Positions 36,625-44,884 of a stretch of DNA of 64,000 bases are shown one piece after another. Position 1 is the first letter of the stretch, and every line of letters starts with the position of its first letter. Source of the DNA: a virus; IMG/VR virus record IMGVR_UViG_3300005337_000002; one strand, given 5' to 3'. A program made the translations under genes and the position numbers. Under the pieces are notes generated by a model. It made no database searches and was not told the origin of the DNA. It saw nothing but the letters and a program-made list of their open reading frames with translations.

Positions 36625-36885
36625 ATGATGTTTTGTGATGACTACGGCTGTGTCCTGACCCAACATATCGTCCACGTCTGTCCCTTTGAGTTGCACCATG
36701 ACCCCGACTGCCCCCTCCCCGACCGCAATAGCTTTTGCATCGGTTTGCTGCTCCGCGTGGGGAACAAGGCGCACCGCGCCTCCCTCGACTATCCCACACG
36801 CCAGCACCGGGATGCGGCCTTGGAGCGGCTCCTCAGTCTGATTAGCGCAGAGGCCATGGTCCATGAGGACGAGGAGGACCTATGA
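36625..36885 (+). CDS. hypothetical protein
   Basis: AAGGAG RBS; coupled. Confidence 0.5.
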   Translation: MMFCDDYGCVLTQHIVHVCPFELHHDPDCPLPDRNSFCIGLLLRVGNKAHRASLDYPTRQHRDAALERLLSLISAEAMVHEDEEDL

Positions 36886-37172
36886 TCACCCCCGCGTATC
36901 GCGTCCTGAAGATCCAGGGCATCCCGGTCCTGCTCTGTCTGCGCTGCGACCGCTATAGCTATCATCCTGACGACATTCGGACCCGCTATTGCGGCCACTG
37001 TCACTGCTTTCTGGACACCTGGGAAGGGGAGGAGGTGGCGCTGCGGCGGCTGCTTGCCGCAGCCAGCATCTATGTGCGTGCCTATCAGTTTCAGACGGCG
37101 GCGCCGGACGGCATTGCGGGGGCGAGTCGGCTCCTGCGGACACTGGAGCAGGTCCTCACACCCTCGCGGTAA
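36882..37172 (+). CDS. zinc-finger phage protein
   Basis: CLRC..SYHPDD...RYCGHCH. Confidence 0.6.
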   Translation: MITPAYRVLKIQGIPVLLCLRCDRYSYHPDDIRTRYCGHCHCFLDTWEGEEVALRRLLAAASIYVRAYQFQTAAPDGIAGASRLLRTLEQVLTPSR

Positions 37173-37319
37173 TCCCAGCACCGCCCTCTCCTCCCATGGA
37201 TCGTGCACGGTGCTGGGCTGTCGAGAACACTTCAGAGCGCCGGGTTCGCCAAGAGCCCGGCCGAAGTCGTCCTGCCCCCAGGCTACCACGACTTGTCTCC
37301 TTTTGCTAGAGGACCCGCT

Positions 37320-37589
37320 ATGGATCTGACCCCCTATCCCCGACTCACCCAGGCCGCCGCCCTCCTCCTCTTCGACCCGCTGGGCGCGGGCCCCGAGGCC
37401 GAGGGCATCCGCACCCGCCTCTGTGCCCACGCACTGCCCAACAGCATTGTCCTGGCCGCGGTCGAAGGCGAACTCGCGACGCTGAGCGAGGACGCGTTTC
37501 TGGCGCTGTGCCTGGACGACGAGGCGCGGAAGCCGCTGGTGTCAAGTGAAACAGAGTATCTCCTGGAGCTGTTGTACAACTGGCTCTAG
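37320..37589 (+). CDS. hypothetical protein
   Basis: GAGGA RBS. Confidence 0.5.
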   Translation: MDLTPYPRLTQAAALLLFDPLGAGPEAEGIRTRLCAHALPNSIVLAAVEGELATLSEDAFLALCLDDEARKPLVSSETEYLLELLYNWL

Positions 37590-37844
37590 AGGACATAGGC
37601 GGAACACCGGACAACGCCGCACTCACGTAGGGGCGGCAGAAAGGACAGCATGCGTCGCATTTATCTCGCAGCACGCTATAGCCGCTTTCCGTCAAGAGCA
37701 CATAAGGAGTTACGAGTGATGAAAGGACCATCTATGCCTGACCATGAGCCGGCCACAGATCTGTACACGGAATGCCTCGCAGGTATCCAGGACGCTGCTG
37801 CCGTGTTTCAGCGCCACGAGGAGGATACGCTGCTCACAGACATG

Positions 37845-38154
37845 GTGACCACTCCGCCCCGTAAACGAGGCGGCTTCGTTAGGAACGCTTGTGTTTACAA
37901 CCACTACGTTCACCCTAACAGGCTCAGTCCGAGCCCTTGAGCTTCTCTCAGGCGACACTGACGTGGCAGCCTCAAAGCCTGAGCAAGTTCGTGTGTTTTC
38001 TCTCATCGTCGGTTCAACTTTTACGCAGAGCCCTCCGCTCTGCAACCCGGCGAAGCTGAAGTTTCAAAGAGCCGTACCCGCTGTTGTAGCGCCAGACAGC
38101 GATTGAAGCTGGAAAGGCTGAGCGGGTCGTATACAGGAAAGTTTACCATAATAT
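37845..38154 (-). mobile_element. 310-bp non-autonomous IS200/IS605 (tnpB) derivative retaining an omegaRNA-like right end
   Basis: Minus strand ends ...GAAGCCGCCTCGTTTACGGGGCGGAGTGGTCAC; decayed tnpB-like peptide VKVEP..NTRTCSG; flanked by TTGAC; excision restores ATG GTC AAT TAG in the host ORF. Confidence 0.7.
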
Positions 38155-38211
38155 GTCAATTAGGAACAGTGAACAAAGCCTAAACACAGCGATGAACACA
38201 CCCTAAACAGC

Positions 38212-38240
38212 GTTGAGCCTGCGTGGCTCAACCTTTCTTT
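38212..38240 (+). terminator. intrinsic terminator
   Basis: GTTGAGC-N7-GCTCAAC followed by CTTTCTTT. Confidence 0.5.
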
Positions 38241-38281
38241 CCCCTGCCAGCTCAAGCAGGCAGTCCCCAGAAAGGGGTCTT

Positions 38282-38596
38282 ATGGCTCACACCGACGAGT
38301 CGAGAAACGCTCGAGCAAGGACCGCACATATGCACGACACAGCATCACACGACCCTGTCTGGATTGCGGGTATCACTATCGGCATTGATGCCATGCTCTT
38401 TCCCACTGCTGATGACGTCCAGATCCTCACTGATGCCCTGCTTGACCTTCCTGGCGCATATGAGGTCGAAGGCCCCTGGGCCGCGCATGCGGTCATCATC
38501 GTAACGTTTAAGGACACTGATGCCACGGCAGAGATACTGCGAACACGCGTCGCCATCACGGTCCATCGCTGTCGCGCCAGCGCAAGACAATCGTAA
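38282..38596 (+). CDS. hypothetical protein
   Basis: GAAAGG RBS; followed by terminator-like hairpin. Confidence 0.45.
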   Translation: MAHTDESRNARARTAHMHDTASHDPVWIAGITIGIDAMLFPTADDVQILTDALLDLPGAYEVEGPWAAHAVIIVTFKDTDATAEILRTRVAITVHRCRASARQS

Positions 38597-38645
38597 GTAG
38601 AAGCCGGCGGGTCTCGGACGGCGGAGGCCTGCCGCTCTTTTGCCC

Positions 38646-38674
38646 TAGACATTGCCGAGCTTTTATAGTATTAT
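38646..38674 (+). promoter_or_regulatory. sigma70-like promoter of the replication operon
   Basis: TAGACA-N17-TATTAT. Confidence 0.5.
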
Positions 38675-38729
38675 CTTAAACTGCGTCATATGATACACCC
38701 TAGTCTCTTCTAAGGAGCACAGAACGCGT

Positions 38730-38945
38730 ATGTCGATTCTCGACCGTGACTATACGATGGTAGCCGTGAGTAAGAAGGGGCGGGACATTGTGCGAGCGAT
38801 TGCGCATCACCGCCGCAAGGCCATGCATGAAGTGTTGGATGAAATCTTACGCGATGAGCTGGCGCGGGAGAATATGCCCGCGTCTCCCGGTTTTCCTATC
38901 ACTATCCCAGACCAGTCTCCTGTCTCGCATGAGACACGGCAATGA
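38730..38945 (+). CDS. RHH-like regulator
   Basis: beta-helix-helix pattern YTMVAVS...VRAIA......MHEVLDEIL. Confidence 0.5.
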   Translation: MSILDRDYTMVAVSKKGRDIVRAIAHHRRKAMHEVLDEILRDELARENMPASPGFPITIPDQSPVSHETRQ

Positions 38946-39346
38946 GTATTCTACAAGATGGTCCGAAGATGCTCTCAGGACATGGGACGAAACGTCAACG
39001 AGATATTTTACAGAAAACGCAGGGACATTGTACCTATTGTGGCCTCGCGCTGCGGGTGTCTCTTGCAGTGAGCCGAGACCAGTTGTGTATCGATCATCTC
39101 ATTCCTCGGGCGCGTGGCGGCTCGAACCGGCTGTGCAACCTTGTCCCAACATGTCGTCGCTGCAACTGCCAGAAGCGCTCGCGATTACTCGAAGAGTTTC
39201 GCGAGGATCTCTTCAGGAAGCGCCATGCCGTTTTTACCGAGCGACATCTCGCGCATCTTGCTGCACTTGGTGTTGTGCTCCCTGAAGGATTCCCCGGTTA
39301 TCCCCCTGTGGTGTTTTGGTTTGAGCAACAGGGGATTACGCTATAA
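38942..39346 (+). CDS. HNH endonuclease
   Basis: CTYCG..IDHLIP.ARGGSN...NLVP.C..CN..K. Confidence 0.9.
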   Translation: MSILQDGPKMLSGHGTKRQRDILQKTQGHCTYCGLALRVSLAVSRDQLCIDHLIPRARGGSNRLCNLVPTCRRCNCQKRSRLLEEFREDLFRKRHAVFTERHLAHLAALGVVLPEGFPGYPPVVFWFEQQGITL

Positions 39347-39387
39347 GTACTGATGTGTCCCGCTTGTCAGTTGATTAGGAGCCAGCG

Positions 39388-40566
39388 GTGAGCAACAAAC
39401 GATATGCCATTACTGATGAGGGTGCCCTTCACAGGTATCGCACAGAAATCCCTAACTCTGTGGTCCGCGGTGTGAAGGGACGTGGACTCTCACTACCAGC
39501 ACGATGGCTCTATGTCTATCTCAAAAGTGTCGCGGGTGATAGCGGGGAATGCTGGCAAAATACGACCACGATGGCCGAAGGCGCCCAACTCGGACGCGGC
39601 ACCGTCACAGGTGCCAAAGCGGAACTCGTGCAGCGGGCACTCATCGCTGTGAGTACAAAGCGTGAGGGGTATCATGCGAGTGACAAGATCCGCATCCTGG
39701 ATATCTGGGAAGCAAATATGCGTGAGTTTGCCTCATTCAGTTGTTCACCTCATGAACAATCGACATACGCGGAAATATCAACAGAATCAAGCCATAGTAC
39801 GCATGGTTGTTCAGGAGATGAACAACCCATAAATCATCGTTCACCTGATGAACAACCGGCGAATACACAACCCCCAAGAGAATCAATGCCTATATCGTCG
39901 TATTGTTCAGGAGATGAACAACAAGAGGCGGGTTGTTCAGGAGATGAACGCAGTTGTTCATCAGGTGAACGCAGTTGTTCATCACATGAACGAAAGAAGA
40001 TCTCTCTTAAGAAGATCTCTCAGAAGAAAGAAGAGAGAGATCCCCCCTTACCCCCCGCTCCCGATGATGCCGCCCCGGTACACACACCCCCCCCCGCGCT
40101 GCCTTCGCCCTCACGTCCCCCTCGCCCATCGCGTACGAAAGCCAGTCAGACCCCAGCGACGAACTATACCCCCGGTTTTCAGCGCGCCTGGACCGCCTAC
40201 CCTGCGGCACGCCGGGAGGGGAAGGTCGCCGTGTTCGCCATCTGGACCCAGCGGGGGCTCGAACCCCGGGCCGCCGAGATTGCCGAGAAGCTCGAACGGC
40301 TGACCCTGACGCTGTGGGCCGGGCGAGAGAAGCAGTATATCCCGATGCCCGCGACATGGTTTAACCAGGCCCGCTACGAAGATGAACTGCCGCCGCTGGG
40401 GGATGTGCAGGCGCAGGAGGTCCGCAGCCGTCTCAGTGACCGCGAGTATCGGAGTTTCTTAGCTACCCAACGTTTTATGGAGCGCCATAATGGACCAGCG
40501 ACCGACGATCCAGTTTCAGCGCGCGATGCTGACGTTATCGATCACGTTCAATATCGAGTTGACTGA
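39388..40566 (+). CDS. phage replication initiator, copy 2
   Basis: N-terminal HTH paralogous to 27326-28330; iteron block; C-terminal F..AW.AYP....K...YIP.PATW.NQ.RYED. Confidence 0.8.
   Translation: MSNKRYAITDEGALHRYRTEIPNSVVRGVKGRGLSLPARWLYVYLKSVAGDSGECWQNTTTMAEGAQLGRGTVTGAKAELVQRALIAVSTKREGYHASDKIRILDIWEANMREFASFSCSPHEQSTYAEISTESSHSTHGCSGDEQPINHRSPDEQPANTQPPRESMPISSYCSGDEQQEAGCSGDERSCSSGERSCSSHERKKISLKKISQKKEERDPPLPPAPDDAAPVHTPPPALPSPSRPPRPSRTKASQTPATNYTPGFQRAWTAYPAARREGKVAVFAIWTQRGLEPRAAEIAEKLERLTLTLWAGREKQYIPMPATWFNQARYEDELPPLGDVQAQEVRSRLSDREYRSFLATQRFMERHNGPATDDPVSARDADVIDHVQYRVD
39742..39992. repeat. iterons / probable replication origin (7 palindromic copies)
   Basis: YGTTCA-N5-TGAACR at 39742, 39808, 39838, 39904, 39934, 39955, 39976, then a purine-rich tract. 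Confidence 0.8.
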
Positions 40567-40972
40567 TCTGCGCCTGGAGACGTACTGGAACGCACTCAAA
40601 CGATATTCCATTGACGCGATTGAATGGGCCTGTCAACAGGCGATCAATGAAGAACCGCACTTTCCTGTCCCGCTCACGTTGCGGGCCTATGCCAAGGCCT
40701 ATTTGGGCGACCAACGCCAACGGGTCAAGGCGCAGGATGCACGGCAGGTCGCACAATGGAGTGCCACGCCGGATGAGGAAGGGGTTGCGGCCATTCGGAA
40801 CATTCGGCGCATGCTCGGTGATGCGATGCAGATGCCCCAGCCCCATCCCGCCTATGCGAAGCCCTCGACCGTTGACCCCGCTGTGCGCCGGGCGGAACTC
40901 TTGCGCCAAGCGCAGCAGGTCATGCGCGAAACATCCACGACCCAGGAGGATCCTGATGATGCAACACTCTAG
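40490..40972 (+). CDS. helicase loader/inhibitor-like protein
   Basis: Directly follows initiator; YW.AL..Y...AI..A........FP motif. Confidence 0.55.
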   Translation: MDQRPTIQFQRAMLTLSITFNIELTDLRLETYWNALKRYSIDAIEWACQQAINEEPHFPVPLTLRAYAKAYLGDQRQRVKAQDARQVAQWSATPDEEGVAAIRNIRRMLGDAMQMPQPHPAYAKPSTVDPAVRRAELLRQAQQVMRETSTTQEDPDDATL

Positions 40973-41297
40973 TCCGTCTATCGCTGAGGCGATTGCCCAG
41001 CGGCAAGCTACAGCTGAGCCGGACCTCACGACCGCCTCCTATGGACGCTGCATGGGCATTCTGACGCAGCGGTCGCTCGACCGCTGGCCGGATGCACAGG
41101 GCGCGTGGCAGGAGAAACTCACCGCCCCCGAGCGCGTGACGCAGTGCCTCGCGTGGGCTGCAGCGGTGCAGACGACCCGCCCCGACCTTGCACGTGATCT
41201 TCAGGCTGCAGCGCAACTCTTGCAGCCCGTCCCAGCGGGGATGATCATCCCGCCGTATCGGCCACGTACCACGGAAAGGACACCGTATGCCCGCTGA
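40956..41297 (+). CDS. hypothetical protein
   Basis: GGAGG RBS; coupled. Confidence 0.45.
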   Translation: MMQHSSPSIAEAIAQRQATAEPDLTTASYGRCMGILTQRSLDRWPDAQGAWQEKLTAPERVTQCLAWAAAVQTTRPDLARDLQAAAQLLQPVPAGMIIPPYRPRTTERTPYAR

Positions 41298-41823
41298 TCC
41301 GCTGACTGCTTCGGCGTTCCAGATCCTCACCCACACGCGCACGAAGGTCGTGCGCGTGGGCTTTGACGACACGCGTCCCGACGTGCCCCAGGCCACGCTA
41401 GAGGTGTTTACGCCGCAGGGGGTGCCCGTGGGTATCACCTTGCCGCTGGAGGTGTGGGATATGCTGGCGACCCTGCTCGATGCCTCCGAGTATGCATCCT
41501 TGGCGGGGCCGCTGATTCTGCTGAATACGCGCGTCCGGGTCGTGCGCGTCCGTGCTGATGCCCTCGCACGGGGCCTGACGGTCGAGGAGTTGCGGCCCGA
41601 TGCCCCGGCCCAGGTGCTCACCCTCACACTGGAGACCTGGGATCTGCTCGCCACCGCGATTGCGGCGCATCGGGTCGCGGCCTCGCCCGTCCACGCGCAC
41701 CGTCTCCAGCGTGCTGCACTTGACGCGCTGTGGGACGATCTGCGGGACGATCTCGCTCTGGCGCGGACACCCCACTGGCCTCGATCACTCCAGGGGGAGC
41801 CCCATGGCCACAGCGCGGTCTAA
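41287..41823 (+). CDS. hypothetical protein with internal repeat
   Basis: TLPLEVWDMLAT / TLTLETWDLLAT. Confidence 0.5.
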   Translation: MPADPLTASAFQILTHTRTKVVRVGFDDTRPDVPQATLEVFTPQGVPVGITLPLEVWDMLATLLDASEYASLAGPLILLNTRVRVVRVRADALARGLTVEELRPDAPAQVLTLTLETWDLLATAIAAHRVAASPVHAHRLQRAALDALWDDLRDDLALARTPHWPRSLQGEPHGHSAV

Positions 41824-42061
41824 GTCTCCGAGTCCGCCTCCCCCATCGCCGCCCTGCCCTGACGACACAGCCCGGTGGCAACCGGCCTTTACCCCGTGCC
41901 CGCAGCCCGGCTGTCACGCCCTGCTCCTGGCGCGCGTCTGGAAGGACAGCCCGCGGCCCGGACACTGGGCGGAGCAGACGCCCCCGGTCAATGCCGTGAC
42001 GGGGGATCCGCATCAGTGTGTGCCATATACCTAATACTCGACATGTGGAGACGACACATAT

Positions 42062-42772
42062 ATGCTTGAAGGTACTAACTGTATTATATTCGACGTTGAA
42101 ACAAAACGGTCTGCGCAGGACTGTCTACACTGCGGAGAGGAGCAAGACGTCTGCGTACAGCGCTGGCTTGCACCGGAATCGCTGCACCGGTTTGAGCCGA
42201 TTGGCTGGGACCGCAAGGGAGTTCTAGGACTTAGTATCGGCTGCTTTTGGGATTATCAGGATCAGCGGCTCCATTTCTTCGATGTCTTTACACTCACCGA
42301 AACGCTGCAGTCCTGGGTGGATCGTCAGGCGCTCCTGGTGAGTTTCAATGGCGCGTCGTTTGATGCGCCCCTCCTGCTCGCGCAGCTCCAGGACGGCCAG
42401 GACTCCCTGCAGGCGCTCTCTGCGGCGTTTTATGGTCTCATGCTGCGTGGCTACGATATTCTCGCGGCTGTCTGGCAGGCTGATGCCGCCCGCAAGTTTG
42501 CGCGTGGGCTCAATTCCCTCGGCGCTCTCAGCGTGGCGAATGGCCTCGGCGCGAAAGAGATGGATGGCGCGCTGGCGCCGCGCCTGTGGGCGCAAGGCCG
42601 ACACGCAGAAGTGACAAATTATGTCGCGAGTGATGTGCTCAAAACCAAAGGGCTGTTTGAGTTGATCGTCACCCAGGGTCGTATTCTGCGGGGCGATGGA
42701 CTGCCGATCACGTTGCCCCGTCCGATCCTGCCGTCCTTCACACAGGAGAACGCTGATGGCCGTCTATGTTGA
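42062..42772 (+). CDS. RNase H-like / DEDD 3'-5' exonuclease domain protein
   Basis: FDVET, SFNG..FD.P, D..L, YVASDV. Confidence 0.75.
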   Translation: MLEGTNCIIFDVETKRSAQDCLHCGEEQDVCVQRWLAPESLHRFEPIGWDRKGVLGLSIGCFWDYQDQRLHFFDVFTLTETLQSWVDRQALLVSFNGASFDAPLLLAQLQDGQDSLQALSAAFYGLMLRGYDILAAVWQADAARKFARGLNSLGALSVANGLGAKEMDGALAPRLWAQGRHAEVTNYVASDVLKTKGLFELIVTQGRILRGDGLPITLPRPILPSFTQENADGRLC

Positions 42773-43046
42773 CGATATGAACGCCCCCGTTGGCCGCATG
42801 AAGATGGTGCATCTGCTGGCCGATACGACCGAGGAGTTGCTCGCGCTGGCCGACGCGATTGGTGTCGATCGGCGGTGGATCCAGCATGCGGGTACACCCC
42901 GCGAACATTTTGATATTGCGCTGAGCAAGAAACGGCTCGCCATAGCGCAGGGGGCACGAGAAATCACCTGGCGCGACGCTGGGAAACTCGTGTATGCACG
43001 ACGCACCCGCCTGTCAATACCTGTGCAAGGAAAGGACACGCCATGA
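42756..43046 (+). CDS. DUF4031 family protein
   Basis: MAVYVDD...M.HL.ADT.EEL...A..IG....W.Q....HFD....KR..AI..GA. Confidence 0.85.
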   Translation: MAVYVDDMNAPVGRMKMVHLLADTTEELLALADAIGVDRRWIQHAGTPREHFDIALSKKRLAIAQGAREITWRDAGKLVYARRTRLSIPVQGKDTP

Positions 43047-43399
43047 CCCCCCAGCACTACCAGCGGCGCAAAGCGACCGGCCGCTGCATCCGCTGCCGGC
43101 AGGCGGCGGCGCTCCCCCATGTCCTCTGTGCCGACCATCTCGCGCGCGCCAAGGCCTATGATACCGCCCGGCGTGAGGCGGCGCGCACCCCGGAGCAGCG
43201 CAGCATGCGCCAGAATCGGGCCCGCCTGGCGCCGACGCCCGTGGCCTCGGGCCTGCCGCTCCCGCTGCCGACCGCGCCCCGCCCCCTGCTGTACCACTGC
43301 AAGACCTGGCACCCGATCACGGTGCCCTTCATCTGTCCCGTGTGTGCCATCACCCTGCTCCAGGAGGAGAAACCCGATGCCCCTGCGCTATGCGAGTGA
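43043..43399 (+). CDS. Cys-rich hypothetical protein
   Basis: CIRC..C..H, CPVC. Confidence 0.5.
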   Translation: MTPQHYQRRKATGRCIRCRQAAALPHVLCADHLARAKAYDTARREAARTPEQRSMRQNRARLAPTPVASGLPLPLPTAPRPLLYHCKTWHPITVPFICPVCAITLLQEEKPDAPALCE

Positions 43400-43799
43400 C
43401 GCGGCGATGCGGCAGGCCCTCAGGACGCCCCCTCAGCGGGGCGTGACGCCCCGATCCCCGGCGCCCCTTGCTCCCGCATCCCCCGCCGAGCATGACGCAC
43501 TCACGGCCTTCCTACGCACGTTAGAGGGCATCGCGAGAGAATATGGCTGGGCGGGGCAGTGGAGTTGGAATCCGCAGGGGGAGGATGCCGGGCTGCATGT
43601 GCTGCTGGTGCGGGGCACCGCGATTCTCTATGTCGAGGTGCCGCTGCCGGGGCAGGGGCTCACCGTGAGCCAGGAACGAGCGGCGGTGCGGTGGGATGCG
43701 ACGGGGAAGGTCGAAGTGTATACCTGGACGCCGAAGGATCTGATCCAGATTCGCGCGCGGCTCAGTCAGGCCGCCTCGCAAAGGAGGGAGCATGCATGA
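43377..43799 (+). CDS. VRR-NUC-like protein with degenerate PD-(D/E)xK site
   Basis: G.H.LLVRG..ILYVEV...G.L..SQ......VEVY.W.P.D; catalytic D and K replaced. Confidence 0.55.
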   Translation: MPLRYASDAAMRQALRTPPQRGVTPRSPAPLAPASPAEHDALTAFLRTLEGIAREYGWAGQWSWNPQGEDAGLHVLLVRGTAILYVEVPLPGQGLTVSQERAAVRWDATGKVEVYTWTPKDLIQIRARLSQAASQRREHA

Positions 43800-44047
43800 G
43801 TGTCGCTGCGGCCATCCGCGGGAGGACCATGTCACCGGGCTGTGCTTGAGTACGCTGGACTGCCTCTGTCGGGGATACGCGCCCTGCGATGCGGAGGATG
43901 CGGAAGGGAGGGAGGAGGGCGATCACCTACAGAAAGGACACAAATACCCAGACCTCTCTGAAGCAGAGGAGTATCTATGATCGTAGATAGAGCAAGGCAA
44001 GAAAAAAATCTCTGTACATTTCTGCTTTTTTGTGTATAATAGTGCCT

Positions 44048-44245
44048 ATGAAAACATTGACAGCAACACAAGCAGCCCTCTTGCTCGGGGTCACCGTGAA
44101 GACGCTCCAACGCTGGGAACGGGAGGGGCGTCTCATTCCGATTTCACGGACCAAGACGAATCGCCGCGTCTATACTGAGGCGCAACTGCGTGATTTCCAG
44201 GGCTTAACGCTTGTAGGGGATCTAGTGCAACCATGCGACACCTAG
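44048..44245 (+). CDS. MerR-type HTH resembling the IS607 TnpA N-terminus (no catalytic domain)
   Basis: AA.LLGV.VKTLQRW.REGRL.P..RT.TNRR.YT..QL; TATAAT upstream. Confidence 0.65.
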   Translation: MKTLTATQAALLLGVTVKTLQRWEREGRLIPISRTKTNRRVYTEAQLRDFQGLTLVGDLVQPCDT

Positions 44246-44856
44246 CACAGGGTCATCATATAGATACCTACGTTGATCTGCGTGCGAAGGCCTTGGGCTA
44301 TGATGATTACGCACACTATCTCCGTAGTGACCATTGGCAAACATTCTGTGCCACCGTCCGTAAAACGCTCTGCTGGTGTTGCGGACGCTCGCAGGGTCAC
44401 CTACATGTCCATCACACCACCTATGCGCGTTTTGGTTCTGAAGAGCCTGGAGACGTTATTACGGTCTGTAAGGGATGCCATTTGGCGATCCATGCTCTCT
44501 CGCGCACCGGCATCGCCCTTGATGAGGCCCACATTGTCTATCGGCGCCGACGTATCCAGCGCGGGGCACGTCACAAACGGCCTCGCTGGGTCAGTTGGTT
44601 TCAACTCCTCAACAAATCAAAACAGCAGACGATTGGCGAGTTACGTCTCTTTTTAGAAGAGCATGGTTTGCTTGAAGGGGAGGAAGCCACACCCAAAGCA
44701 TTTGCGCTCGGTTTTGTCCGCTTAGAGGATGGGGAGCAGCGATGGAACCTGAAGAAGTACCTCGGGTTTGTTTCTGCGTGGAAATCCATTGAGAAGCGAC
44801 GGGAACAAGGCCGTGGCATTTCCCGCACAGTGGCACGCCTCGCGTCTGGGCGTTAA
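44233..44856 (+). CDS. HNH endonuclease
   Basis: Y..YL.S.HW...C..CG....LHVHH.TY.RFG.E...D.I.VC..CH...H. Confidence 0.8.
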   Translation: MRHLAQGHHIDTYVDLRAKALGYDDYAHYLRSDHWQTFCATVRKTLCWCCGRSQGHLHVHHTTYARFGSEEPGDVITVCKGCHLAIHALSRTGIALDEAHIVYRRRRIQRGARHKRPRWVSWFQLLNKSKQQTIGELRLFLEEHGLLEGEEATPKAFALGFVRLEDGEQRWNLKKYLGFVSAWKSIEKRREQGRGISRTVARLASGR

Positions 44857-44884
44857 GAACATCTCTCACAGAAAGGACATGCGC

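Noticed and set aside
29119-37600. Integron cassette array (many genes end in TAAC)
   Set aside because: No matching GTTRRRY core or attC-type bottom-strand hairpins, and the recombinase lacks the IntI-specific insertion
37825-37844. omegaRNA guide targeting sites within the window (GAGCAGCGTAT near 31107, 35170, 57536)
   Set aside because: Matches are only 11-13 nt, in the TAM-distal part, with no adjacent TTGAC; consistent with chance
39742-39992. CRISPR array
   Set aside because: Repeats are 17 bp, irregularly spaced and in-frame within a rep gene, with no cas genes; iterons fit better
40087-40095. Phase variation at the C9 tract in rep, or at the CTGCTCCTC repeat near 47185
   Set aside because: Both lie in Pro- or Leu-coding low-complexity segments, frames are intact, and there is no evidence of length variation
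43929-44879. 12-bp direct repeat ACAGAAAGGACA flanking the HTH-HNH module as a target-site duplication
   Set aside because: CAGAAAGGACA is the recurrent RBS motif of this element (also near 29920 and 37638)
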